A stretch of DNA of 32,000 nt from Geobacter sulfurreducens PCA (GCF_000007985.2 NC_002939.5:2220001-2252000), one strand, 5' to 3'. Numbered from the stretch's first letter, positions 1-8,048 are shown. Made by a program: numbers and translations. Notes: a model not told the origin generated them from the letters alone.

Positions 1-2645
1 GTTTTTGTCTTGTTCTTCGTGTTCGACTTGAATAGCCAGCCAAGGACCGGAATATCCATCAGGAATGGTACCCCTCTGTCTTCATCAGTATCGCTGTCTA
101 CATAGATACCGCCAATTACGGTGGTTTCACCGTTCTTGACCAACAGTTCGGTGGTTGCCTCCTTCTTGTTAATCGGAGGCGGAGACCCGGTGCCAGCTGA
201 GTTGTTTGAGGCCTTAATCTTCATGGAAACGCTGCCGTCCGCTGTTATGTGAGGCGTTACTTCGAGTGTCAGCGCCGCCTCCACGAACTCGGTTTTGGTT
301 CCTTCGGCTGATGTGGTTTGATACGGTATCGACTGACCTTGCGAAATTTTCGCCGCTTTGTTGTTAAGCGTAACAACCTTGGGCGTCGAGACGATCTTAA
401 CAAGGCCTGCAACGGCTGCTGCCGACAACCGCAGATCAACCTGCAAGCTCCCCATTTTGGCAAAGCTGATCCCAACAGCACCGCCGGATGATGTTGCCGC
501 AGGGAAGCCGCTGGCCGGCGGCGGCGTTACGATCCCGCCGAATCCGGCATCAACGCTTCTGATAATATCAGCGCCGGAATCGTTGCTGTGTATGCCCCAC
601 TGGACCCCTAGATCACGAGTGAAGGTGGAGGTTGCTTCCACAATGCGCGCTTCGATGAGCACCTGCTTTTCAGGCAGATCAAGGTTCTTGAGCAGGATGC
701 GCATTTCAGCCAGGGCCGGCTCGATATCCTTCACGATTACCCGGTTGGTCCGCGCATCCTGGCTGATGGTCCCCCGCTCGCTCTTGACGGCGTTGAACTG
801 GGACACGATATCCCCCACCGCCGCAAAGTTGATGTCAAAGACCTCTGTCTTCAGCTCCATGCCCCGTTCCTTGGCCCGCTTGAGCGCCTGCTCCTCGTCA
901 GCCAGGGTCTGGATCTTGGATTTGGGACGAATCTGTACGATATTGCCGTCCCGCTGCATCCCCAGCCCCTTGTTCTCCAGAATGACATCAAGGGCCTGGT
1001 CCCAGGGAACGTTGACCAGTTTAAGGCTGATGGTGCCGGTAACGTCGTCGCCCACGAGGAAGTTGAGATTGCTGACCTCCGCAATCAGCTGGAATATCTT
1101 GCGGATGTCGGCATCGGAAAATTCAAGCGTCACGCGGCGCCCGGTATACGCCTTCTTCGTTCCACCCGACTGGGCGACACCGGCAAGCGGGTCGGTCTCC
1201 CTGGAGGGTTCCTTCTGCCGGACAGCGGCCTGATCCATGCCATCCTGAAGCGTGGGGGAGGCAGGCACATCCGCGACCGGGGGCTCAAAACCTTCTGGGT
1301 TCCGGACGCTCACCTGCAGCAGGTCCCCATCCCGCCTGACATCGTAGGATGCGGGCTGGCGGAGTTGCACTTGGATCTTTACGTCACTGCGCCCCTTCGT
1401 CTTCACCTGGTAGGGGGTAACCTTCTGAACGACACTGGCAAAAGCGCCCGTATCGAGATGACGCTGAAGCTTCTTGGGAAGGATGCAGTTTCTAAGCGTT
1501 ACGCTGAAGCCGTCGGCGGATTTGACCGGTTTGTCGTTGGCACAGGCGCCGGTGACGGCAACAGTGATACGTGAGGTCCCGTCAAGTACTTTGAACTCAA
1601 TGGCATCAACCGCGGGTGTTAAGCCCTTTGCCGGCTCGGCGGACTTCACCGCTTCCGGCTGCCGTGCCTGGGATGCCGAGGCGGACGGCTGCGGAGGGGC
1701 GGCAGCACGAGGTACGTCAACAACCTTGTCAGCCGGGGCAACAATCAGGCCAGCTGCACCTTTAGTTACATTGAGAGGAGAGAGGGTCCCCCCCGCAGCA
1801 TCGAGAACAATCCTGACCTTATCGGGATAAGCACCAATGCGGGCCATCCCTACACCGAGGGCATTCAGGGGAATAGCCTTGGAATTGATGCCGAGCCTGG
1901 CGTCCGAGATATCCACCACCAGCCGGTCGGGCTTGGCAAGGCGGAAGAACTTGAAGTCCTTGATCTCCCCGCTCGTTTCGATCACCAGGTAACCATTCTG
2001 CGCTTCGATGGCCTTGATGACCGGGGGGCCGGTCTGCGGAGCAACAACCGGAGCGATCGGAGCCTGAGGCTCCACGGCAACGGGAGCCGGAGCTACTGCC
2101 GGGGCTGCAGCGACTGCTACCGGGGCACCCGTAGAGCTCTCGCCGGCCTGGCCGGCAGCCGGTGCGGCTTCAACGGCAACGGAGGCGGCGGGCGCGACAG
2201 GACGAGCCACGGCAAGGACAAGCATTCCTTTGTCACTGGCGTCGATGGTCGCATTCGCCTCGGTGTCGCGTGTGAAATATACCTCCACACGGGTCATGGC
2301 CGTGGCACCCTCACCGTACCGCACGGTCTCGATACGCCGGATGGTATCGGAGTTCACGTCCATCGGCGACGCAATGGCGCCCGGTTCGGTGCGGGCCAGA
2401 TCGATGACCGCCTTGGGCGGATCTGCCGTTTTGTAGAACGTGTAGGCCAGGGGACGGTCGGCCGACAGTACGACACGGGCACCCTCACCTGTTTCCGCCA
2501 CCTTGATCTCACGCAGGACGCCCCCCTTGGCCTGCTCGACCATGGCGTCGCCCTTCACGCTGGAGTGAACGTCGGCGCATCCGCAGAACACAGCCAGCAG
2601 TGACATCAGGACGAGTTTCCGGGAGAATGTCGTCTGGATTCTCAT
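1..2645 (-). CDS. pilQ: Type IV pilus secretin PilQ; the C-terminal few codons run off the window edge
   Basis: The minus frame is open from ATG 2645 to position 1. It is absent from the ORF track because no stop lies inside the window. My translation starts MRIQTTFSRKLVLMSLLAVFCG. It includes AMIN-like segments such as VLREIKVAETGEGARVVLSADRPLAYTFYKTADPPKAVID. It ends with a classic secretin C-terminus, VKNGETTVIGGIYVDSDTDEDRGVPFLMDIPVLGWLFKSNTKNKTK. The gene lies 10 nt downstream of pilP. Confidence 0.9.
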   Translation of the reverse strand, partial: MRIQTTFSRKLVLMSLLAVFCGCADVHSSVKGDAMVEQAKGGVLREIKVAETGEGARVVLSADRPLAYTFYKTADPPKAVIDLARTEPGAIASPMDVNSDTIRRIETVRYGEGATAMTRVEVYFTRDTEANATIDASDKGMLVLAVARPVAPAASVAVEAAPAAGQAGESSTGAPVAVAAAPAVAPAPVAVEPQAPIAPVVAPQTGPPVIKAIEAQNGYLVIETSGEIKDFKFFRLAKPDRLVVDISDARLGINSKAIPLNALGVGMARIGAYPDKVRIVLDAAGGTLSPLNVTKGAAGLIVAPADKVVDVPRAAAPPQPSASASQARQPEAVKSAEPAKGLTPAVDAIEFKVLDGTSRITVAVTGACANDKPVKSADGFSVTLRNCILPKKLQRHLDTGAFASVVQKVTPYQVKTKGRSDVKIQVQLRQPASYDVRRDGDLLQVSVRNPEGFEPPVADVPASPTLQDGMDQAAVRQKEPSRETDPLAGVAQSGGTKKAYTGRRVTLEFSDADIRKIFQLIAEVSNLNFLVGDDVTGTISLKLVNVPWDQALDVILENKGLGMQRDGNIVQIRPKSKIQTLADEEQALKRAKERGMELKTEVFDINFAAVGDIVSQFNAVKSERGTISQDARTNRVIVKDIEPALAEMRILLKNLDLPEKQVLIEARIVEATSTFTRDLGVQWGIHSNDSGADIIRSVDAGFGGIVTPPPASGFPAATSSGGAVGISFAKMGSLQVDLRLSAAAVAGLVKIVSTPKVVTLNNKAAKISQGQSIPYQTTSAEGTKTEFVEAALTLEVTPHITADGSVSMKIKASNNSAGTGSPPPINKKEATTELLVKNGETTVIGGIYVDSDTDEDRGVPFLMDIPVLGWLFKSNTKNKTK

Positions 2646-2655
2646 GGGGGACTCC

Positions 2656-3204
2656 TTACTGTTTCTTCGCCAGAGAAAGCTTGACCGTCCGCTTTCTCAC
2701 CTTGCCGAAGTCATCGGTATATCGCTCGTTCACTTCCAGATACGAAGGTGCGATTTTGGTAATCACACCGTTATTGGCGCCGATACTCATGCCCTCTTTC
2801 ACCACGTAGCCCTTGCCAGCCGGATCAACGATGAGCGCCTTGCTTTCCTTGAGGCCGACGATAATGCCCGAAATCCTGAACTGTTCCACGTTGTAGCTCT
2901 GGATCGGCAACAGGCCGGCGGACGATCCCCGCACGGCACGGGTTTTCTCGGGAGCCTTGGCCTGAAGGAAGGGCTTGAACGGGTCGCGGCGGTTGGCGAA
3001 ATCGTACTGAGACAGACCCGCCACAGGGGCAATAGCGGCTGAGGTGGCTCGGCCCTGGACCGGAGGCTGTGCCTTGGGCGCAGGAGATGCCTTTTGAGGA
3101 GGTGGTGGAGGGGAAGGCGCCTGCTCCTTCTTTCCGCAGCCGGCCGAGACAAAGGTGAGAGCCACCAAAACGGCAAGAATCGGTATGCTATTTCTTCTTG
3201 TCAT
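2656..3204 (-). CDS. pilP: Type IV pilus assembly lipoprotein PilP
   Basis: This uses the ORF-track frame 2656..3429, with the start moved to the internal ATG at 3204. The product begins MTRRNSIPILAVLVALTFVSAGC, a signal peptide with an SAGC lipobox. A Pro-rich linker and a C-terminal beta domain follow. The start overlaps the pilO stop by 17 nt, and the gene sits between pilO and pilQ. Confidence 0.85.
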   Translation of the reverse strand: MTRRNSIPILAVLVALTFVSAGCGKKEQAPSPPPPPQKASPAPKAQPPVQGRATSAAIAPVAGLSQYDFANRRDPFKPFLQAKAPEKTRAVRGSSAGLLPIQSYNVEQFRISGIIVGLKESKALIVDPAGKGYVVKEGMSIGANNGVITKIAPSYLEVNERYTDDFGKVRKRTVKLSLAKKQ

Positions 3205-3784
3205 CCTTGGTCTCTTTCTTTTCGATGAAGCGGAAGGTCGTGGCCAGACAGTTGACCTTGACAGTGGTCTTGCCACCCACGGGCTTGATGTCAGTGAACG
3301 ATACGTTTGTAATGTTGACGATCCTCGGCAGGTTACCGACGGCGGTAAAGAAATTCGCCACTCCGTAGAACGATCCCGATACAGAGATATCGACCGGCAC
3401 TTCGGCATAGAAGTCCTTGGGCACTTCACCCTTGGGCCTGAAGAGGAGAAAATCGAGACCGGCTCCTTTGCCTACGCTGGTAATCCCCGTGAGCAGCGAG
3501 GGGATCTCCTTCTGGTTGGGCAACTCGGTTAGGGCGTTCTCCAGATCCTTCTGCAGTTGCTGATACTCCTTTTTCAGCTTGGGCAGGTTGTTGGCGATCC
3601 GGGTCTTTTCCTGGACCTCGGTCTGGAGTTTTTCAAGCTTTCCGCGCAGTGCCGTAAGCTCCTTCTGGCGGGGGGCATACAGGCCCCAATACAGGGCTGC
3701 CCCTTCAACCACAAGAATCGCCGCAAGGAGAGCTAGCTTCTGTTTATTGGGGAGCTTGAGCAGTTTTTCTATTCTCGCGTCCAT
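3188..3784 (-). CDS. pilO: Type IV pilus inner-membrane alignment protein PilO
   Basis: 198 aa. There is one N-terminal TM helix (LALLAAILVVEGAALYWGLY) followed by a coiled-coil (KELTALRGKLEKLQTEVQEK) and a C-terminal globular part. The order is the conserved pilN-pilO-pilP. Confidence 0.85.
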   Translation of the reverse strand: MDARIEKLLKLPNKQKLALLAAILVVEGAALYWGLYAPRQKELTALRGKLEKLQTEVQEKTRIANNLPKLKKEYQQLQKDLENALTELPNQKEIPSLLTGITSVGKGAGLDFLLFRPKGEVPKDFYAEVPVDISVSGSFYGVANFFTAVGNLPRIVNITNVSFTDIKPVGGKTTVKVNCLATTFRFIEKKETKDDKKK

Positions 3785-3821
3785 GGGGAGTCCTTGAGAA
3801 TTTTTTCCGGGGCCAATGGCC

Positions 3822-4397
3822 TTACTTTTTCTTTGCCGGCGCGGGCTCTTCTTTTTTCAGAGCCTTTATGACACAGGTGAGCTCGAACCGTTTCGCCTTC
3901 ACACCGCCGATTTCGGTCTGCTCGGAGACGATCAACTCAACATTTGTGTAGTCTTCAGTTTGTTGGAGATTACGCATAAAGGCGGCGATCAGATCCTCGT
4001 CCACTGCGACACCGCCGATACTGACGTTCGGACCGTTCTCAGAATATTTGGTGAGCCAGAGCTTCTCCGGCGTCGCATCACTGAGCGTAGCGAGACGGCG
4101 CACGGGGCCGGTCTTTTCCTTGCGCAGCTGGGTAAGCACATTAAGCTTCTTGGTAACATCATCCTTCAGCTTTTTGATATTTTCGAGCTCGCCGATTTTC
4201 CCCTTGAGCCGTTGCAACTCGCTTTCCGCACCGGAGATGTCGTTCTTGGTCGCCTTGATCTTTGCCTGGGCGTAGCCGAACAGGCCGACGCCGATACCGA
4301 GAACCACCAGCACCGATACGAGCAGAATCGCCATCTGCTGCCTGGCTGTTTCCTTCTTTTTGGACGATCTGACCGGAAGCAGGTTGATCCTTACCAT
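3822..4397 (-). CDS. pilN: Type IV pilus assembly protein PilN
   Basis: 191 aa. It has the canonical PilN N-terminus MVRINLLPVR, a single TM helix (MAILLVSVLVVLGIGVGLF) and a coiled-coil. The start overlaps the pilM stop by 7 nt. Confidence 0.9.
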   Translation of the reverse strand: MVRINLLPVRSSKKKETARQQMAILLVSVLVVLGIGVGLFGYAQAKIKATKNDISGAESELQRLKGKIGELENIKKLKDDVTKKLNVLTQLRKEKTGPVRRLATLSDATPEKLWLTKYSENGPNVSIGGVAVDEDLIAAFMRNLQQTEDYTNVELIVSEQTEIGGVKAKRFELTCVIKALKKEEPAPAKKK

Positions 4398-5446
4398 TTG
4401 TCACCCACCCTCCTCGTGGCCAGCCCCACGGCAACCGTCACGAGCGGCCCGATCTCCCGAAGGTACTCGGGATCGAACTCTTTCTCGCTGCAGGTGATTT
4501 TCGTAAGTGGGTCCAGCATCTCAACCGGAACGCCCAGCTTGTTCTGCACGGTTTCAGCAAGCATGGCGGTCTTGGCTGCGCCTCCACTCAGGTATACCCT
4601 GGCGATTCGCCCTTCGCCCGCGGTTGTGTTGTAAAAATCGAGCGAACGGCGCATCTCCACGGCAAGGGTTTCGTTAACGCGGGCGATGACATCCTTCAGC
4701 TTGGCCTTGTCGGGGTACTCGCCGGTGATCTTTACCTGCTCGGCTTCTTCGCTGCTCAAGGCGAACTGCTTCTGGATCTCCTCAGTGAAGAGATTTCCGC
4801 CCACCTGTACATCCCGGGTAAAGAGGGAGCTCCCTCCCCTGACGATATTGAGGTTCAGAATACTTGCGCCGACATTGATAAGCGCCACAACCTCTTCGGG
4901 ATCGGTTTCGTAGTTGAGTTCGAAGGCGTTCTGGACGGCAAAGGAATCCACATCGACGATCACGAGTTTGAGACCTGTCTCGGCAAACACATTGACGTAA
5001 TCGTTGATGATTTCCTTCTTGCTCGCCACGAGAAGGACATTCATGCGGGACGGGTCGTCCTCGTCGGGCTCCAGAATCTGGAAGTCAATGTTCACATCGT
5101 TGATATCGAAGGGGATGTACTGCTCCGCTTCCCACTGGATCTGGTCTTCCAGTTCTTCCGGGGTCATGGCCGGGAGCTTGATCTTGCGGATGATGACCGT
5201 GTTCCCGGAAATGGAGCACGCCACATCCTTGACCTTGACGGAGAGCCCCTTCATGAGCCCCTTGACCGCCTCGATCACGGATGAACTATCCATGAGAGTG
5301 TTATCGACAATGGCCTCGGGAGGCAGGGGCTGGATGCCGATATTGACCAGCTGCCATCCCCCCTTCTGCTCCTTGAGCTGAACGAGCTTCACGGAGCTGG
5401 AGCCGATATCGATGCCGACGATTTCTTTCTTTTTGGAGAAAAGCAT
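4391..5446 (-). CDS. pilM: Type IV pilus assembly ATPase-fold (actin-like) protein PilM
   Basis: This uses the ORF-track frame 4391..5548, with the start placed at ATG 5446. The product begins MLFSKKKEIVGIDIGSSSVKLVQL, a typical PilM N-terminus with the phosphate-1 motif. ATG 5455 is an alternative start. The gene lies 20 nt downstream of the xre stop. Confidence 0.9.
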   Translation of the reverse strand: MLFSKKKEIVGIDIGSSSVKLVQLKEQKGGWQLVNIGIQPLPPEAIVDNTLMDSSSVIEAVKGLMKGLSVKVKDVACSISGNTVIIRKIKLPAMTPEELEDQIQWEAEQYIPFDINDVNIDFQILEPDEDDPSRMNVLLVASKKEIINDYVNVFAETGLKLVIVDVDSFAVQNAFELNYETDPEEVVALINVGASILNLNIVRGGSSLFTRDVQVGGNLFTEEIQKQFALSSEEAEQVKITGEYPDKAKLKDVIARVNETLAVEMRRSLDFYNTTAGEGRIARVYLSGGAAKTAMLAETVQNKLGVPVEMLDPLTKITCSEKEFDPEYLREIGPLVTVAVGLATRRVGDKW

Positions 5447-5466
5447 ACGCCCCATCCCGTCCGAGA

Positions 5467-5667
5467 TCAGTCGATAAACACCGCGTCCTTTTCGGACAAT
5501 GAAAAACCAAGAGCAAGCAGAATCTTTCTCTTGGTTTCCATGCGGCACTCCTCGCCGCGCTCGATTCTCTCTATGGTTGCCGGGGAGACGCCCGCGAGCC
5601 GTGCCAGTTCGGCCTTGCTCATGAGCCGTTCTTCCCTGATCTTCTTCACGTTGTTTCGGTATTTCAT
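5467..5667 (-). CDS. Small XRE/Cro-C1-family helix-turn-helix protein (66 aa)
   Basis: MKYRNNVKKIREERLMSKAELARLAGVSPATIERIERGEE is a typical HTH_3 core. The start is set at ATG 5667. The longer in-frame ORF (to 5877) runs through AT-rich leader and the riboswitch terminator, so I reject it. Confidence 0.75.
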   Translation of the reverse strand: MKYRNNVKKIREERLMSKAELARLAGVSPATIERIERGEECRMETKRKILLALGFSLSEKDAVFID

Positions 5668-5875
5668 TGCATTGTCCCGAAAAATTGTATGATTCAACGC
5701 GAAATCTACCGGAATTGAATCTAAAGTCAAGTAATTAGTTACACTTGAAACAAATTGAAATCTTTTATGCGAAATTGACATCAATAGTGTATCTATCGGC
5801 GGAACAACAGGAAAACTTGAGGATAATTTCACGGTGGTCATGCGTCGCTGCCTCGCTCCGGCATCGGACCCGGGC

Positions 5876-5927
5876 AAAAGAAAAGCCGGGGCCGACTATC
5901 ACGGTGGTGATATTTCGGCAACCCGGC
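5876..5927 (-). terminator. Intrinsic terminator that serves as the riboswitch expression platform
   Basis: An interrupted 17-bp hairpin pairs 5885-5890 with 5922-5927, 5891-5895 with 5915-5919, and 5897-5902 with 5907-5912. On the minus strand it is followed by UUUUCUUUUG. Its 5' arm is shared with the 3' part of the aptamer. Confidence 0.75.
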
Positions 5928-5990
5928 TGTCTCGGTGAGACCCTGTAGGCTTTCCGCCCCATCCTCACGGATGGTTTAGTATTATCGATA
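5909..5990 (-). promoter_or_regulatory. GEMM-I-class cyclic-dinucleotide riboswitch aptamer (cGAMP-type, A at the Vc2 G20-equivalent)
   Basis: The minus-strand RNA reads GAUAAUACUAAACC-AUCC-GUGA-GGAU-GGGGCGGAAAGCC-UACAGGGUCUCACCGAGACAGCCGGGUUGCCGAAAUAUC. From memory, this matches the GEMM-I core layout: AAACC, a 4-bp helix with a GNRA loop, GG, then RCGSAAAGCC. P1 is GAUA/UAUC. Confidence 0.8.
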
Positions 5991-6031
5991 TCGATCAGTA
6001 TTCGGTTGTGGCGTGCTGCTTGGCAGTTAGC

Positions 6032-6047
6032 AGCAAAAATGACGCCA
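6032..6047 (-). promoter_or_regulatory. Candidate sigma-54 (-24/-12) promoter upstream of the riboswitch
   Basis: The minus strand reads TGGCGTCATTTTTGCT. The GG and GC are spaced exactly as in the consensus TGGCACG-N4-TTGCW. The site lies about 40 nt upstream of the aptamer. Confidence 0.5.
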
Positions 6048-6187
6048 GCTTCGTTAGCACAAGATACTTAACGGCGTACGCCGTCATTTCGTGCCGTTAC
6101 ACTCCGCATCGAGCCCTCTCCCTGTCCCAGGTTCGTCACAAGGTCGAATTTTTGGCAGCAGCGGTGACGTAAACCGGCACTGGATCG

Positions 6188-6859
6188 TCAATAGGCATAG
6201 AGCACCGAGATGGCGGCCTTCTCGTTCGGGTTGCTCTCGCGCTCGCCCTCGATTTCCACCGTGTACAGATAAGGGTTAACGGTTCCCGGCCCCTGGATGC
6301 CAGAGTCAGAACCTGCCGTAACACCGCCGGTGAAGAGGTTGAGGTTCGAGGTATTGGTGATCCCCTGGCGGGTATCGATGATTTTGGCGTTGACCTTGAA
6401 TTCTGGTTTATCACCCGTGTCCTTGAGGACAAAAGACATGTCAGGAAAAATCTTGGGATTTTCCGTGCGCTGCTCATCGGCACAACTGGTCCACTGATCC
6501 GTGGAGAGAGACAGTTTCTGACGCAAGCAGTCCGACTCGTCGGAGACCTTGAGATCCACGGCGCCAAGGCGTGTTTCAATAGTGGTTATGTCGGTCTGGA
6601 AGGAGGCCAAGGTCGGAGAATCGACAGCGGTCCTGACGAGCTCCGGAAGGAGATCCCGCATGGTGAGATCCAACCCGCCGTAGGTGGCTTCAAGGCTGTT
6701 CTGGTAGCGTTTCTGGGCCGACGAAAGCCTGGTCCCCTGGGTGACAAGGTAGAGGACCACCATGATAATGACCAGCGACATGAGGGTAAGCATAAGTGCC
6801 GTGACCAGCGCCACCCCCCGTTCGTTGCGGAGAAGTCCCATGGAACACCGTCCGTTCAT
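6188..6859 (-). CDS. pilX: Type IV pilus minor pilin PilX-like protein
   Basis: The PilX-type hydrophobic N-terminus is RNERGVALVTALMLTLMSLVIIMVVLYLV, with no G/F-E5 cleavage motif. It is the last gene of the fimU-pilV-pilW-pilX set. The start at 6859 gives a TGATG overlap with the pilW stop. ATG 6841 is an alternative. Confidence 0.75.
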   Translation of the reverse strand: MNGRCSMGLLRNERGVALVTALMLTLMSLVIIMVVLYLVTQGTRLSSAQKRYQNSLEATYGGLDLTMRDLLPELVRTAVDSPTLASFQTDITTIETRLGAVDLKVSDESDCLRQKLSLSTDQWTSCADEQRTENPKIFPDMSFVLKDTGDKPEFKVNAKIIDTRQGITNTSNLNLFTGGVTAGSDSGIQGPGTVNPYLYTVEIEGERESNPNEKAAISVLYAY

Positions 6860-8040
6860 CAGTAGTTTCCCAGGTTCTTGGGAAGGACTATGAAGGAATA
6901 GACCTTCCAGCGGTAATTCCGCCAGTTGTTTATGGTGGCGAGGTCGAATTCCCTGCCAAAGGGCGTTGTGCCGATTATATAGCCCACCATCACCTTCTGC
7001 TGGGGATAGCTGAAACCCGGGTCCCGCGCCCCCTCATGGGCCAGAACAAATACCTCGATTTCCTTGAGCTGTCGGCGAACATCAGTCAGCTCAGACGGGC
7101 TTTCGAGATCGTTCTGATGGAGATCCACGGAACCGTCTCCATTCGTGTCGAGGCCGAAGACCACCTGAAAATCAGCCACACAATCAAGCAGAGGCATCTT
7201 GATTAACTCGCCGTCGTCCTGGCGGACAACGGCCTTGTAGAGAACCCCCACCTTGCTGTCGTCGGCACAACGCATGGCGATATTGGCCGGACGCTCCACG
7301 AAGAAATCGGCGCGGTTGAACGGCATCCGCACGCTGGAGGCAGTATCCAGCCCGTAGATGAAAAAGAAGGGGGACTTGCTCGCCATGGGGTAGTTATCGG
7401 GGGAAAAGTGGCGCAGATGTTTCGTATTTCCGATAGCTGCTGAATAATTGGCAAAAAATTCGCTGCCATTGACAACCAGCTCCCTGCCGGCGGCACTGGG
7501 ATCATCGGCCTGGAAGCGGGGATTGATGACCACGACGCTGTCCGAGCTGGCAAACTGCGACAACGGGTTATCGGACTGCCAGGGACGCGCACTGCCTGTT
7601 CCCATGTGGGACGATTTGCCCGAGGCATCGTTGCGGGCCGCCATGGCGGACTTGACGACCAGGTAGTCAGTGCCGTTCAGCCCGGCGTCGTCGCCGATGC
7701 GCAAAGGCCAGGGAACGCCCGAGGGAGCATCGTTATAACCGGCGGCCGTTGCATCCTCGGCCTCTTCGTAGGTGATGGCACTCTGGAACGACCAGGGAAG
7801 CGCATAGCCGGCATGCTCGATATCGTAGCGCAGGGTTTCGAGTCCGGCGACCTCCATGATCTGCCCCTCGGCCAGCCGGGACTGCTTGCCCGAATGGGTG
7901 AGCAGCGTATTGAAGGCGCTCCCGGCCAAGGCCATGACTCCCACAAAAACGGCCATGACCACGATCAGCTCAACCAGGGAGAATCCCCGGTCGTCCCGCG
8001 CCCTTCGAGTAACTGTATTGGATTCGGTCTGCGTCCTCAT
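6859..8040 (-). CDS. pilW: Type IV pilus minor pilin PilW-like protein (393 aa)
   Basis: The prepilin N-terminal motif is RG|FSLVELIVVMAVFVGVMALAG. The start is set at ATG 8040 (MRTQTESNTVTRRARDDRGFSLVEL), just after the pilV stop at 8049. Position and size are consistent with PilW. Confidence 0.8.
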   Translation of the reverse strand: MRTQTESNTVTRRARDDRGFSLVELIVVMAVFVGVMALAGSAFNTLLTHSGKQSRLAEGQIMEVAGLETLRYDIEHAGYALPWSFQSAITYEEAEDATAAGYNDAPSGVPWPLRIGDDAGLNGTDYLVVKSAMAARNDASGKSSHMGTGSARPWQSDNPLSQFASSDSVVVINPRFQADDPSAAGRELVVNGSEFFANYSAAIGNTKHLRHFSPDNYPMASKSPFFFIYGLDTASSVRMPFNRADFFVERPANIAMRCADDSKVGVLYKAVVRQDDGELIKMPLLDCVADFQVVFGLDTNGDGSVDLHQNDLESPSELTDVRRQLKEIEVFVLAHEGARDPGFSYPQQKVMVGYIIGTTPFGREFDLATINNWRNYRWKVYSFIVLPKNLGNY

Positions 8041-8048
8041 GTGGGCCC

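Noticed and set aside
3205-3429. Longer start for pilP (track 257 aa). The same issue applies to pilM (5447-5548), pilW (8041-8112), pilV (8439-8582), fimU (8902-8952) and the FimT-like gene (15668-15727).
   Set aside because: The extensions overlap the preceding gene or a terminator hairpin and encode Arg/Ser/Pro-rich junk. The internal starts give canonical N-termini (lipoprotein signal, IVGIDIGS, short prepilin leaders) and have SD sequences.
5668-5877. N-terminal extension of the xre ORF. The track's 136-aa version starts at 5877, and there is an in-frame ATG at 5841.
   Set aside because: The extension runs through the AT-rich leader and into the riboswitch terminator and U-tract. Its composition is unlike the rest of the coding DNA. 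The 66-aa form already has a complete, typically positioned HTH_3 domain.
6021-6035. Plus-strand sigma-54-like TGGCAGTTAGCAGCA.
   Set aside because: The GC of the -12 element is displaced by one position relative to the GG, and there is no plus-strand gene downstream. The minus-strand site overlapping this region fits the consensus spacing exactly.
6071-6084. Perfect 14-bp palindrome ACGGCGTACGCCGT downstream of pilX, considered as a pilX terminator or enhancer site.
   Set aside because: It is not followed by a U-tract on the minus strand (TTAAGTATCTT), so it is not a canonical intrinsic terminator. It sits only ~25 nt from the -24 element, closer than typical EBP enhancers. No second copy exists near the other sigma-54 site. 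Its function is undetermined.
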